In this document: positions 7,999 to 17,746 of the stretch, piece after piece | Numbering within the stretch: position 1 is the first letter of the stretch | Layout: every line of letters begins with the position of its first letter | Assembly (NCBI GenBank): GCA_030609665.1 | Contig: JAUWBW010000001.1 | Location: 1-27,228 of the forward strand | Length of the DNA stretch: 27,228 nucleotides | Direction: 5' to 3' | Origin: Methanosarcinaceae archaeon | Lineage (GTDB): Archaea; Halobacteriota; Methanosarcinia; Methanosarcinales; Methanosarcinaceae | The notes under the pieces: generated by a model | What the model saw: the letters and a program-made list of their open reading frames with translations, nothing else | Databases searched by the model: none | Told to the model about the DNA's origin: nothing | Made by a program: the position numbers and the translations under genes

Positions 7999-9066
7999 TC
8001 AAAATTCAATTACCACTTTTATATTTTCACGCATGGAAGAGAGTGCTTCATGTATCTTTTCCGGCGGATACCTGGCTGTTATCAGTTTTGCGAGCAGCCC
8101 TTCCCATCTCGCTTCAGCCGCCAGCAGATCAACTATACCCTGCTCAAAGTCTCTCCTGTGAGCGTTAACAATTCCCACCACAGTTTTGTTGCCCAGCACA
8201 AGACCCTGATTAAAACAATCACTGCATATCTCAATATGCTTGTCGCCACCTGTAACCGATGCAAGTACAACAACCGCATTTGTTCCTGCGACCATTATTG
8301 CATGCATAGCAACACTTGAACTACCGGTCTCCTCAATTACAATATCGACCTGCCTGCCAATCTCATGCGGAATATCATGCAGGCTGGTTTTTTTTGCATT
8401 AAAGTGGATGATACCCAATTCCGAGAATATCTCATCCTTATACGCATTATCAGACGTATCCACAGAAATGACTTCCAGTCCTCGAAGCCTGAGGATCATG
8501 GCAGTGATAAGACCGAGAGATCCCGTGCCGGTTACCAGTGCAATTTCCGGCTCCCATTTCATTCTTTTTTGTACAGTAAAAACTGTTCTTACTGCCTTCT
8601 CAGCAACGCTCGCAGGTTCCAGAAGAACTCCCAGGTCCCCAAGACTTTGTGGAACCTTTACCAAAAAACGTTCCTCTTCTGCATAGTACTCTGAAAGAAA
8701 ACCATGTTTTCCTTTGATCCCCCGTTCAGTGTAATCCCCCTTAAGACACATATCATACTCTCCGGCCTGACAATTGATACAGTCATCAGGCCTCCTTACT
8801 GTAGCAACAACCATATCCCCACGTTTGAATGCTTTCACTTCTGCTCCCACCCCGACAACCTCTCCCAGCGACTCATGACCAAAGATCAGCATTTTTTCAT
8901 CTTCAGGCGGTACCCCGTAGGAACCTTCGTTGATCTCTTTGTCTGTTCCATCAAGCCCGACCAATTTTACCTTCACCAAAACCTGGGTAGCAGTAACAAC
9001 AGGAGTGTCCACATCTATCATCCGGGCACTGCCCTTATTTTTTGGAACAACTGCGATCGCTTTCAT
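7999..9066 (-). CDS. Zn-dependent MDR-family glucose 1-dehydrogenase-like protein
   Basis: GLDGTD, GHE (catalytic Zn), CINCQAGEYDMC, ERGIKG, EPAS and GTGSLG resemble archaeal glucose dehydrogenases. The likely start is MKAIAVV at 9066. Confidence 0.8.
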   Translation of the reverse strand: MKAIAVVPKNKGSARMIDVDTPVVTATQVLVKVKLVGLDGTDKEINEGSYGVPPEDEKMLIFGHESLGEVVGVGAEVKAFKRGDMVVATVRRPDDCINCQAGEYDMCLKGDYTERGIKGKHGFLSEYYAEEERFLVKVPQSLGDLGVLLEPASVAEKAVRTVFTVQKRMKWEPEIALVTGTGSLGLITAMILRLRGLEVISVDTSDNAYKDEIFSELGIIHFNAKKTSLHDIPHEIGRQVDIVIEETGSSSVAMHAIMVAGTNAVVVLASVTGGDKHIEICSDCFNQGLVLGNKTVVGIVNAHRRDFEQGIVDLLAAEARWEGLLAKLITARYPPEKIHEALSSMRENIKVVIEF

Positions 9067-9118
9067 ATGATCAGATCCGGATATTTCTGCGATTGAGACC
9101 AATAAACGTAGGTCATTC

Positions 9119-10546
9119 TCAATGGAAATGTTCAAGACTATGATGATAATGTGCAACCGGCATCAGTGAATAGAATGCCCTTGTCACAACCTCGCTCAAT
9201 GACGGATGGATATCCATGCCACCCATGATGGGTTCTGCACTCTGCAGTGGAATGTACATCAGAGGAATGATCTGATGAATAAGGATCGAGGCATGTGGAC
9301 CTATTATATGTGCCCCAAAGATCTTGTAAGTATCCGATTCCACAATGACCTTTACAAAATAATCCTTTACATCCATTGCCTGTCCTTTGGCAGTGTCCTC
9401 ATATCGCTGGAAGCCTATGAGCACATTATCCTCCCCATACCTTCCAATGGCTTCCCTTTCCCTCAACTCCACGCTTGCAATTTCAGGATATGAAAAAACT
9501 GCATGCGGTACTGCATGATAATCTACCTTAACATTTTTCTTCAAGATCGCATTGTAGTAAACTATAGTTGATTCATAGTTTGCCACATGTTTGAAAAGAT
9601 ATTTCCCGTTGGCATCCCCAAATGCCCAGATGTTTGGCTGTGAAGTTTCAAGATATTCATTTGTCACGATCCAGCCCTTGCTATCAGTTTCTATATCTCC
9701 CTTTCCGGGATGCAGTATGTCTGAGTTTGACCCCCTTCCTGTAGCAATAAGAATTTTCTCTGCAACCACTTCGATCTCTTCTCCGCTATTCCTGTCCTTT
9801 GCAACAACCTTTTTCTTTCCATCATCGGTCATCCGGACCTCAATTACTTCATGATCCGTGATCAGGTTCAGATTCGGATATCCTGACATTACTTTCTTTG
9901 CCAGTTCTGAAACCTCCGGTTCCTCTTCAGGAATGAACTGGGGATTTCTCCCGATGATAGTTACGTCAGAACCCATTGCAGAAAAAAAATGACCATACTC
10001 TGCTGCTATGTAACCCCCGCCTATGATGGCAATACTTTCCGGGAGTTCTGTCATATCAAGTACAGTATCACTTGTGAGATATTGAATCTCATCTAATCCT
10101 TTTACAGGTGGTAATATGGTTTTTGAGCCCGTACATAAAAATATCATATTTGATATGATGGTCTCATTGCCCACCTTCAATGTATAAGGAGCAACAAATT
10201 CCGCCACTTCAGGATAGTAATCTACGTTCTCATTGCTGGAAAGTCCCTCACGGATCATATATATATCCTTTGATATGTGAGTTCTCATCCTATCCATTAC
10301 AGCCTTAAAACCAGTGTTCTTTATTTCCACATCAATGCCAAATTTCGATGCAGTCCCTATTTCCCTGATAAGTTCTGCAGGATAAAATAATAATTTGGAT
10401 GGTATGCATCCTCTTGTAAGGCATATCCCCCCGGGTTCGTCCTTATCGATAACTGCGATCTTTATATCAGGATTTGCGTTTATCATTGCCTCTACAATAA
10501 TCATTGCAGAACCGGTACCTACTACGATCAGATCGTAATCTTTCAA
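9119..10546 (-). CDS. Class I pyridine nucleotide-disulfide oxidoreductase (dihydrolipoamide dehydrogenase/mycothione reductase-like)
   Basis: VGTGS FAD motif, redox-active CLTRGC-IPSK, IIGGGYIAAE, AFGD and C-terminal HPSLSE. TTG start follows a GGGGTGA SD. Confidence 0.9.
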   Translation of the reverse strand: MKDYDLIVVGTGSAMIIVEAMINANPDIKIAVIDKDEPGGICLTRGCIPSKLLFYPAELIREIGTASKFGIDVEIKNTGFKAVMDRMRTHISKDIYMIREGLSSNENVDYYPEVAEFVAPYTLKVGNETIISNMIFLCTGSKTILPPVKGLDEIQYLTSDTVLDMTELPESIAIIGGGYIAAEYGHFFSAMGSDVTIIGRNPQFIPEEEPEVSELAKKVMSGYPNLNLITDHEVIEVRMTDDGKKKVVAKDRNSGEEIEVVAEKILIATGRGSNSDILHPGKGDIETDSKGWIVTNEYLETSQPNIWAFGDANGKYLFKHVANYESTIVYYNAILKKNVKVDYHAVPHAVFSYPEIASVELREREAIGRYGEDNVLIGFQRYEDTAKGQAMDVKDYFVKVIVESDTYKIFGAHIIGPHASILIHQIIPLMYIPLQSAEPIMGGMDIHPSLSEVVTRAFYSLMPVAHYHHSLEHFH

Positions 10547-10769
10547 CTGATCACCCCACTATTCCCAGTATGAAATTGACCTCACTGTTTTTAAGATTTT
10601 CTGTGAATATTATGATCAAGTGATCTTTGTCACAATGTGCATGGGTGTTCCACCGAAAACTCCAATAACACCTCTAAACCCCACCACAAACACCTATATA
10701 TGCCATGACAACATTCATTTTGATTAGTGGGTATTTCCTATAATCAGTGGGAGCAGGAAGTGATATCTT

Positions 10770-11369
10770 ATGGTATTGGGGACTCAAAGAGATTTGGAAA
10801 CAGGCACCTCTATCAAGGAAATTGAGAATGAGATGCGGGTCAGCGAGGTCATGACCAAAAAAGTGTTTGCTTTAGATGTAGGAGCGAACGCTGCCGAAAT
10901 TGCCGAGGAAATGACCAAAAACAATATTTCAAGTATTGTCGTCACAAAGAACGGCGATGCTGTAGGGATCATAACCGAGCGCGATATTGTCAGGAAAGTG
11001 GTGGCAGGGGAAAAAGAATCAGGCAAGATATCTGCCAGTGAGATCATGTCCTCCCCCCTTATGACAATAAGACCTTCAACTAACATAATAGACGCTGCTA
11101 GGATTATGCTCAAGCACGATATCCGTAGGCTTGTCATCAAAGTGAACGGCAGTCCTTCCGGGATTGTTACGGACAAGGACCTGCTCATGATAGCTCCCGG
11201 TCTTAACACCATTTTAGAAAGCCTTATTGAAATGAGCAATGAACAAAACATTCCACGAACGCCGGAACTCGAAAGGGGAATATGCGAATACTGCGGCGCG
11301 GCTGGTGAAAACGTCATGCTCGTAAATGGGTTGATGCTGTGTGAATCCTGTAAGGATTCAGAGAGTTAA
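10770..11369 (+). CDS. CBS-pair protein with a C-terminal Zn ribbon
   Basis: Two CBS motifs (VSEVMT...GIITERD; SEIMS...GIVTDKD) followed by CEYC-x14-CESC. Confidence 0.88.
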   Translation: MVLGTQRDLETGTSIKEIENEMRVSEVMTKKVFALDVGANAAEIAEEMTKNNISSIVVTKNGDAVGIITERDIVRKVVAGEKESGKISASEIMSSPLMTIRPSTNIIDAARIMLKHDIRRLVIKVNGSPSGIVTDKDLLMIAPGLNTILESLIEMSNEQNIPRTPELERGICEYCGAAGENVMLVNGLMLCESCKDSES

Positions 11370-11459
11370 TACATCTGATGGATCAATCAATTTTTCCAGA
11401 TATGAAACCATACGATTATCGAACCCGCAACAATGGACATACAACAAAGGAGTAGACAC

Positions 11460-12260
11460 ATGATCGTTGAAGAAATTATGTCAAAAGAACCTGTATGCGT
11501 AAAAAATAGTGATTTTATCACTCATGCAAGACAGCAGATGCGCGACCATTATTTACGCGGACTTCCTGTGGTCGATGGATCGAACAGGGTAGTCGGCATC
11601 CTGACAGACCAGGATATACTTAACATTACATCCACCAGATCCAATGTGACAGTTGGAGGATATGCACGTGAGTGTCCCACGATCACTCCGGATATGGATA
11701 TAATAAGATCTGCTCACCTTTTGGTAGAAGCAAAGCAGGGCAGAGTTCCTGTAGTTGTATCAACAAGTGATAAAACATGTATCGGGATCTTGAGCGATGT
11801 GGATATCCTGAAAAATATCCATCCTACAAAAAAGTCCCCAAAAACAGTTGGAGATATCATGACGACCAATATTTTGACATGCCATCCGGATGACAGTATT
11901 GCAAAAGTCTGGTTACAAATGATCGAATACAATTATACCGGCTTGCCTGTAGTGTCTCACAAGAACGAAATGATGGGGATCATAACAAGAAGAGATGTTA
12001 TAAGATCCGGATACGCAAGAACCGGATCAAGTGACTCACACGGCACAAGACCCGGCGATTCTACAAAGGTCGAGAAAGTCATGTCTACCCCAACATATAC
12101 AATATCACATGGCACACCAATCTCAAAAGCTATAGAGATGATGCTCCACTACGATACCGGAAGGGTCAGTGTTGTTAATGGAAAAGAATTGGTAGGGATC
12201 GTAGACAGGCGGGATGTCTTGCGGGCTTGTCTGGTTGGTACAGGCTTCGAAGTGATGTAA
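11460..12260 (+). CDS. Four-CBS-domain protein
   Basis: Repeated IM[ST]...LPVV...GI(L/I)T motifs. ATG at 11460 follows AGGAG; the alternative start is 11433. Confidence 0.88.
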   Translation: MIVEEIMSKEPVCVKNSDFITHARQQMRDHYLRGLPVVDGSNRVVGILTDQDILNITSTRSNVTVGGYARECPTITPDMDIIRSAHLLVEAKQGRVPVVVSTSDKTCIGILSDVDILKNIHPTKKSPKTVGDIMTTNILTCHPDDSIAKVWLQMIEYNYTGLPVVSHKNEMMGIITRRDVIRSGYARTGSSDSHGTRPGDSTKVEKVMSTPTYTISHGTPISKAIEMMLHYDTGRVSVVNGKELVGIVDRRDVLRACLVGTGFEVM

Positions 12261-12387
12261 TGCGCGTATCAGGATTTTTCAATAACCAAACACTTATTAC
12301 CAAATCAGTCTTTACTATCAATTGTAGGGAGGCTTGAATGGTAGCAATATTTTATAAGACGATACCTAAAATTTTAATCATATTTCC

Positions 12388-12465
12388 AATAGAAGATTTC
12401 AATAGAAGATTTCAATAGAAATCTTCGATAGAAATCTTCGATAGAAATTTTTGATAGAAAATTTC
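12388..12465 (+). repeat. Degenerate 13-bp tandem repeat x6 with internal inverted symmetry
   Basis: Units: AATAGAAGATTTC x2, AATAGAAATCTTC, GATAGAAATCTTC, GATAGAAATTTTT, GATAGAAAATTTC. GAAGATTTC is the reverse complement of GAAATCTTC. Confidence 0.9.
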
Positions 12466-12483
12466 GACAGTTTGGTGGTCTAA

Positions 12484-13485
12484 TTGAATACACGAAACAA
12501 AAAATTCAGAATTGAAGAAGAGAAGATGAAAGTGCAGGAAAAACTGAATGCCAATGACAAAACCATTCAGAGAAACGACGCAAAAATGTTAAGCACTACA
12601 GGCACAATGGACGTCGGACCTGTCAATTTCAAAGCCAAAATATCGGAACACGAAGGAGATATCATGTCAGTTGCTACTAAAGACGTGGTCACTGTCCCTC
12701 CGACAACAACGATAATGGGTGCAATAAAGACAATGACAAACAAAGGATTCAGGCGTGTCCCGATTACCGATGCTGGCACGAACCGCCTTGAAGGAGTGGT
12801 CACATCCGTTGATATTGTCGACTTTTTGGGTGGAGGAAGTAAGAACCTGCTTGTCGAAAAACGGTTCAAGGGCAACCTCCTTGCAGCTATCAATGCAGAT
12901 GTTCGAGAGATAATGCGCCATAATGTTTCACACCTGAAAGAAGATTCGAATATCTCAGATGCACTTAAAATAATGAGTGAAGAGAAAACCGGTGGTCTTC
13001 CCATATTAAGCGGGGACGGTCGAGTCCGTGCTATCTGCACGGAAAAAGATTTTGTCAAACTTGTTGCAGGCATACATGCCAACAAATCAGTTGGAGCGTA
13101 TATGAGCAAAAAGGTAAAAACCGCTCCATCGAATACAACAATTTTCAATTCTGCAAAGATCATGGTAAATGAAGGGTTCAGGAGACTTCCTGTTGTGACG
13201 GACAGTATACTCATTGGAGTGATCACTGCTTCTGATATTATGAATTTCATGGGAAGCGGGAATGCATTCAATAAACTCGTAACAGGAAACATCCACGAAG
13301 CATTCGATGCCCCGATAAGTTCACTTATCTCAAAGGATGTTGTGTGGGCATCGTCCGATCTGGATATCGGAGAGGCAGCAGCAATTATGATCGAGAAAAG
13401 TGTTGGTTCCATTCCAATAATTGATGATGGGATCCTTTGCGGCATACTCACAGAGCGCGATATCCTGCGTTCGATAACAGAATAG
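12484..13485 (+). CDS. Four-CBS-domain protein
   Basis: FRRVPIT...GVVTSVDI, LPIL, FRRLPVV...GVITASDI and IPII...GILTERD. The start is uncertain (TTG 12484, ATG 12526 or later). Confidence 0.88.
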   Translation: MNTRNKKFRIEEEKMKVQEKLNANDKTIQRNDAKMLSTTGTMDVGPVNFKAKISEHEGDIMSVATKDVVTVPPTTTIMGAIKTMTNKGFRRVPITDAGTNRLEGVVTSVDIVDFLGGGSKNLLVEKRFKGNLLAAINADVREIMRHNVSHLKEDSNISDALKIMSEEKTGGLPILSGDGRVRAICTEKDFVKLVAGIHANKSVGAYMSKKVKTAPSNTTIFNSAKIMVNEGFRRLPVVTDSILIGVITASDIMNFMGSGNAFNKLVTGNIHEAFDAPISSLISKDVVWASSDLDIGEAAAIMIEKSVGSIPIIDDGILCGILTERDILRSITE

Positions 13486-13600
13486 ACCAATAAATTTTCG
13501 TCCAGATACAGAGATGATAACTTATTGAAACAACTTTTACCCTGATTATAATTATAAGTGTAATTATAATGCAATGCAAAACACAAAAAGGAGGGTCAGA

Positions 13601-14437
13601 ATGAATGTGGAAGATATTATGAGTTCCCCGGTATATGTCATTGCACCGGATGAACCCCTATCTCGTGCAAGGAAGTTGATGTTAAAACACAAGATCGGTT
13701 CTATTGTTGTTGTTAACGATGATGGTATGATTGGTATTGTCACCAAATCCGATCTGGGAAAGCGAATGGCACAGGCAGAGCCTATATGGAGGAGACGTCC
13801 AATTGACAAGGTTCCTATAAATCTGGTGATGACGGAATCTCCGATAACGATCTATCCAGAGGCTTCGATCAGACAAGCTGTTGATCTTATGCTTGAAAAT
13901 AACATAAACAACCTCCCTGTTATGAAAAACTCTGTTGTTGGTATCGTGACAAAAAAAGATATTGTCAGATACGTATCAGAGCAGTCATTCGATACAAAAG
14001 TTTCCGATCTGATGAGCGAAGATATCATATCAGTTCATAGGCATCACACGATCAACCATGTCATAGATGAAATGGAGAAAAATAAGATCAACAAGGTCAT
14101 TGTCATAGATGACGCTGAAGAGGGTGTCGGTATCATCTCTACAACAAACCTCGCACTTAGCGCTATGACTGATAATGAAGGTAAACTTTCAACTAAGAGC
14201 ATCAAAATGGCAAGAAAGCCAAAACAGGGTGGTGAGAAGATATATCGTTACATAAAAGAAGTACCACTAGTTGCAGAAGATATTATGTCTGGACCGATTG
14301 TGACAATCGCCAGTGATGATACGGTCGCTAATGCGGCGAATATCATGATCAAAGAGAATATCACGGCACTGCCTGTCGAACAGGATAATGAGATTGTCGG
14401 GATGATCAGCAGAAGCGATGTTATTAGAGCAGTATAG
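13601..14437 (+). CDS. Four-CBS-domain protein
   Basis: [19 protein letters not shown]...GIVTKKD and LPVE...GMISRSD. ATG follows GGAGGG. Confidence 0.9.
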   Translation: MNVEDIMSSPVYVIAPDEPLSRARKLMLKHKIGSIVVVNDDGMIGIVTKSDLGKRMAQAEPIWRRRPIDKVPINLVMTESPITIYPEASIRQAVDLMLENNINNLPVMKNSVVGIVTKKDIVRYVSEQSFDTKVSDLMSEDIISVHRHHTINHVIDEMEKNKINKVIVIDDAEEGVGIISTTNLALSAMTDNEGKLSTKSIKMARKPKQGGEKIYRYIKEVPLVAEDIMSGPIVTIASDDTVANAANIMIKENITALPVEQDNEIVGMISRSDVIRAV

Positions 14438-14484
14438 AAATTAAATATATTAAGAAATATTTTTGGATGTAAGAGGTGATAACT

Positions 14485-15261
14485 ATGCAAATCAAAGATA
14501 TAATGGTGCAGCCACATACCATTGATAAGGCAGATACGATATCCCATGCACTTGACATGATGGATAAAAAAAATACGCGCCGTCTGCTTGTTAAGCATGC
14601 TGGTGATATGGTAGGTGTCCTGACAATGAGAAATATTACTAAAGAGCTCGGAACACGAAAAAAAGGGGCTAAACCTGCATCATCCCTTCACGTTGCGACA
14701 GCCGTATCTGACAATTATGTTAAGGTATTGCCTGACATAGATATCAACGATGTCATCACACTGATGAAGAAAAACAATGGCGTGATCATGGTCAGTGAGA
14801 ATGACGAGATTGTTGGATGGGTGACTCCAAAAGAGCTGATGAAAAGCAACCATTTTGGTGGATACGCAGCAGAAGTTATGCAAAAAGACCCTATTGTCGC
14901 AAGCCCTGGTGACCGTGTGAGCCATATCAGACACCTGATCCTTGATAACGACATTGGAAGATTGCCTGTTGTGGAGAATGGGAAACTTGTCGGAATCGTT
15001 ACAGAAAAGGACGTTGCAAAAGCAATGCGTGCCTTTAGGGATGTTGTTTCAGGAAACAAACAGGATTCCCGCATCAAGAACCTCATTGTAGAGGACATAA
15101 TGACAAGAGGTGTGAAAACAGCATATTCGAACACTTCGGTATCCGATGTTGTCAAGATGATGATCGAGGAGAACATTAGTGGCGTGCCTGTGCTTAACCT
15201 CGAAGATGATATGGTAGGGTTCATCACAAGAAGATGTGTTGTCGATGCAATGGTGGAATGA
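14485..15261 (+). CDS. Four-CBS-domain protein
   Basis: MQIKDIM, RLPVV...GIVTEKD and VPVL...GFITRR. SD is GAGGTGAT. Confidence 0.9.
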   Translation: MQIKDIMVQPHTIDKADTISHALDMMDKKNTRRLLVKHAGDMVGVLTMRNITKELGTRKKGAKPASSLHVATAVSDNYVKVLPDIDINDVITLMKKNNGVIMVSENDEIVGWVTPKELMKSNHFGGYAAEVMQKDPIVASPGDRVSHIRHLILDNDIGRLPVVENGKLVGIVTEKDVAKAMRAFRDVVSGNKQDSRIKNLIVEDIMTRGVKTAYSNTSVSDVVKMMIEENISGVPVLNLEDDMVGFITRRCVVDAMVE

Positions 15262-15381
15262 AATTGAACGAGTTGATCCTTGCTGACGCCCGGATTAACT
15301 CACCATATATTTACAAATATATACTATTAAAAGTGAGATCGTGCTGTCATAGGTGGAGAAACAGCACTCACTTTCCAAGTC

Positions 15382-16554
15382 ATGAACGCCAGATCAGATA
15401 CTGCGGATATTGAATTGGATATTGAAGGTGCGGCAGGGTATCTTAACCTGCCGCGATCCAGACTCGAGGGACTGCTGGACAGGCGAATACTATTACAAAA
15501 TTGGGGCGAATACCAACAATTGTTCCGGTTCGATAAGAGTGTTTCAAAGATCGAGCACGGGAGTGTATTGTACCAAAAGGACGGCTCGTTCGAGTTGATA
15601 CGGGGGTTTCCCAAGATACAGAGGGCAATGCTTCTTGGTCCTGCGCTCAAAAACCATTTCTCAAAGATCAAAACAGTAGTCGTCGAAGAAAAGATGAACG
15701 GCTATAACGTGCGTGTGGCTGATATTGACGGGAGAATTGTAGCATTTACACGCGGCGGACTTGTCTGCCCTTATTCAACCGAGCGCGCAAGACATCTTTT
15801 GGGACGTGATTTTTTCGACGACCATCCAGACCTTGTCCTATGCGGGGAGATGGCAGGTCCCGATAATCCTTATGTCCCAAAGGACATCTACGGCATAAAT
15901 TCTCTTGACTTTTTCGCGTTTGATATCAGGCACAAGGGCAGTGGCACACCATATCTCTTACACGATCGCAGGAAACTTGCGGATGAATATGGATTTAGCC
16001 AGGTGACATTCTTTGGTGAGTTTTCGCTTGATGATGCGCCGGATGAGATTGCAGGTATTATCAGGAAACTTGGAAAAATACAACACGAGGGTGTTGTTAT
16101 CAAAGATCCGCAGATGAAACTCGATCCAATAAAATATACATGTTCCCAGAGTAACTGTGCTGACCTTCGGCATGCCTTCAAATTTTATAACGACATTGGG
16201 CGGGACTATTTCTTCTCAAGGGTCGTACGCGAAGGATTCCAGTCGGTTGAGTGGAATGAAAGCGAAGCTGAACTGCAAAAACGTTGCCTGCAACTTGGGG
16301 AAAGTATACTGCGACCTATGATCGAGTCAATAAAACAGGTGAAGGATGGCACACGTATTGCCGATGATGTGCAGATACGGGTCAAAGACCTTGGCACTAT
16401 TTCCACATATCAGGACTATCTCCGAAGGCTTGGTGTGGATGCTGTTTTTAGTGAACCGGAGATTGTAGGGGATGAATATCTCGTGAAGATCAAAAAACTC
16501 AACCAGAGCACCAATGATAAAACGGAGTCGATGTGCAAAGGTGAGTTGTGGTAA
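15382..16554 (+). CDS. ATP-dependent RNA ligase, archaeal Rnl3 family
   Basis: Nucleotidyltransferase motif I EEKMNGYNVR, motif III LCGE, IIIa FFAFD and IV EGVVIK. The 390-aa length fits the family. Confidence 0.9.
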   Translation: MNARSDTADIELDIEGAAGYLNLPRSRLEGLLDRRILLQNWGEYQQLFRFDKSVSKIEHGSVLYQKDGSFELIRGFPKIQRAMLLGPALKNHFSKIKTVVVEEKMNGYNVRVADIDGRIVAFTRGGLVCPYSTERARHLLGRDFFDDHPDLVLCGEMAGPDNPYVPKDIYGINSLDFFAFDIRHKGSGTPYLLHDRRKLADEYGFSQVTFFGEFSLDDAPDEIAGIIRKLGKIQHEGVVIKDPQMKLDPIKYTCSQSNCADLRHAFKFYNDIGRDYFFSRVVREGFQSVEWNESEAELQKRCLQLGESILRPMIESIKQVKDGTRIADDVQIRVKDLGTISTYQDYLRRLGVDAVFSEPEIVGDEYLVKIKKLNQSTNDKTESMCKGELW

Positions 16555-16679
16555 ATACAAGAAAATCTTCGCTAACGCTCAGATTTACTTGCACTATATA
16601 TTCATAAAATATATACTATCAAAAAGACATATATCACAAAACGAGCATTCGAATACCCATAATATATAATGGTGCAATA

Positions 16680-17717
16680 ATGACAAAAATAGCGATTATC
16701 GGAAGTGAACAGAGTGGTCGGACAACGCTTGCTTCAAAACTGGGTAAGAAGGGAGAGGTAGCAGACATCACAATGTATGACTTTGCCAAAAGCGGCAAAG
16801 TGCTCACTACAATTGATGCAAACGGATATCCAAAGGCAGTCAAACCGCTGATAACAGCCCTTAACCTTTCAGATATCGCACTCTTGTGTATTCCCCCGAC
16901 TGGTCTTGATGCATCTGCAGGCGAATGTATTGTTGCACTTGACCTTCTGGGTTACAAACACGGGATCATCGTGCTTACCAAATCGGACACATCATACCCT
17001 CATGCTATCGATGAACTGAAAGGAAATATCAAAAAGATAACCTCAGGTACAGCACTTGAGAACTGGGAATACATGTCCATATCCACAACGTCATTCGAAG
17101 GTATGGAAGAACTGAAGGAGATGATATTTTCCATCAGTGATATGGTAGACGCGGAACTTGCACAATTGAATGAGTTACCAAAACGTGTTGTGATAGACCA
17201 GTTCTTCAATGTGACAGGTATTGGATGTGTGGTTCTTGGTGTGGTTTCGCAGGGTACGATCAATGCAAAGGACAAGACAGGCATATTCCCGCTCAAAAAG
17301 AACATTGAGATACGTTCTATACAGCTGCATGATGTGGATGCGAAAAGTGCACCAACGGGTTCGAGGGTAGGACTGGCACTTAAAAATATCCAGTCAAAGG
17401 AACTTGAGAGAGGGTTTGTGATATCTGATGAAGAAGATGTTGCAGAAGATATGATACTCGAATGCACGCTTTCACAGTTCTCAAAAGGATTTGCCGTGGG
17501 TGATATGCTGCATATCTTTACAGGACTTCAGTCTGCACCGATGCGTATTGAAAAAATCACAATCGATAGTTCGGATGTAGATGCGGCGGCACCTGCAAGT
17601 ATGTGTATTGTCTCACTTTCCGGCACAAAAGAAATTGCATACAGCAAGACGGACCGGTTCGTACTTGCCAATCTGGATGAAAAACAGAGATTTGTAGGAT
17701 ACGGTTTTTGTCAGTGA
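16680..17717 (+). CDS. SelB/EF-Tu-like translational GTPase homologue (archaeal SelB-like)
   Basis: Variant G1 GSEQSGRTT, G3 DANG, G4 TKSD, and domain II IDQFFNVTGIGCVVLG...G..V...IRSIQ.H...RVGLAL. Confidence 0.85.
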   Translation: MTKIAIIGSEQSGRTTLASKLGKKGEVADITMYDFAKSGKVLTTIDANGYPKAVKPLITALNLSDIALLCIPPTGLDASAGECIVALDLLGYKHGIIVLTKSDTSYPHAIDELKGNIKKITSGTALENWEYMSISTTSFEGMEELKEMIFSISDMVDAELAQLNELPKRVVIDQFFNVTGIGCVVLGVVSQGTINAKDKTGIFPLKKNIEIRSIQLHDVDAKSAPTGSRVGLALKNIQSKELERGFVISDEEDVAEDMILECTLSQFSKGFAVGDMLHIFTGLQSAPMRIEKITIDSSDVDAAAPASMCIVSLSGTKEIAYSKTDRFVLANLDEKQRFVGYGFCQ

Positions 17718-17746
17718 TCTTGCCAATGACGGCTTGGTCCTTAACA

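Noticed and set aside
9067-9156. Upstream extension of the glucose dehydrogenase ORF
   Set aside because: It overlaps the 3' end of the oxidoreductase gene; family homology starts at MKAIAV (9066).
12388-12465. Possible mini-CRISPR array
   Set aside because: The units are 13 bp and abut each other with no unique spacers, and there are no cas genes in the window.
12567-13586. 339-aa minus-strand ORF and other long antisense ORFs (e.g. 1800..2165, 6108..6581, 8240..8686, 10784..11317, 14715..15227, 17000..17467, 24893..25603, 26294..26755)
   Set aside because: They are shadow frames of well-supported genes on the opposite strand, with no motifs of their own.
16680-17717. Functional selenocysteine system
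   Set aside because: No selA/selD/PSTK, tRNA-Sec or in-frame UGA selenoprotein was seen, and the SelB-like protein lacks the C-terminal extension.
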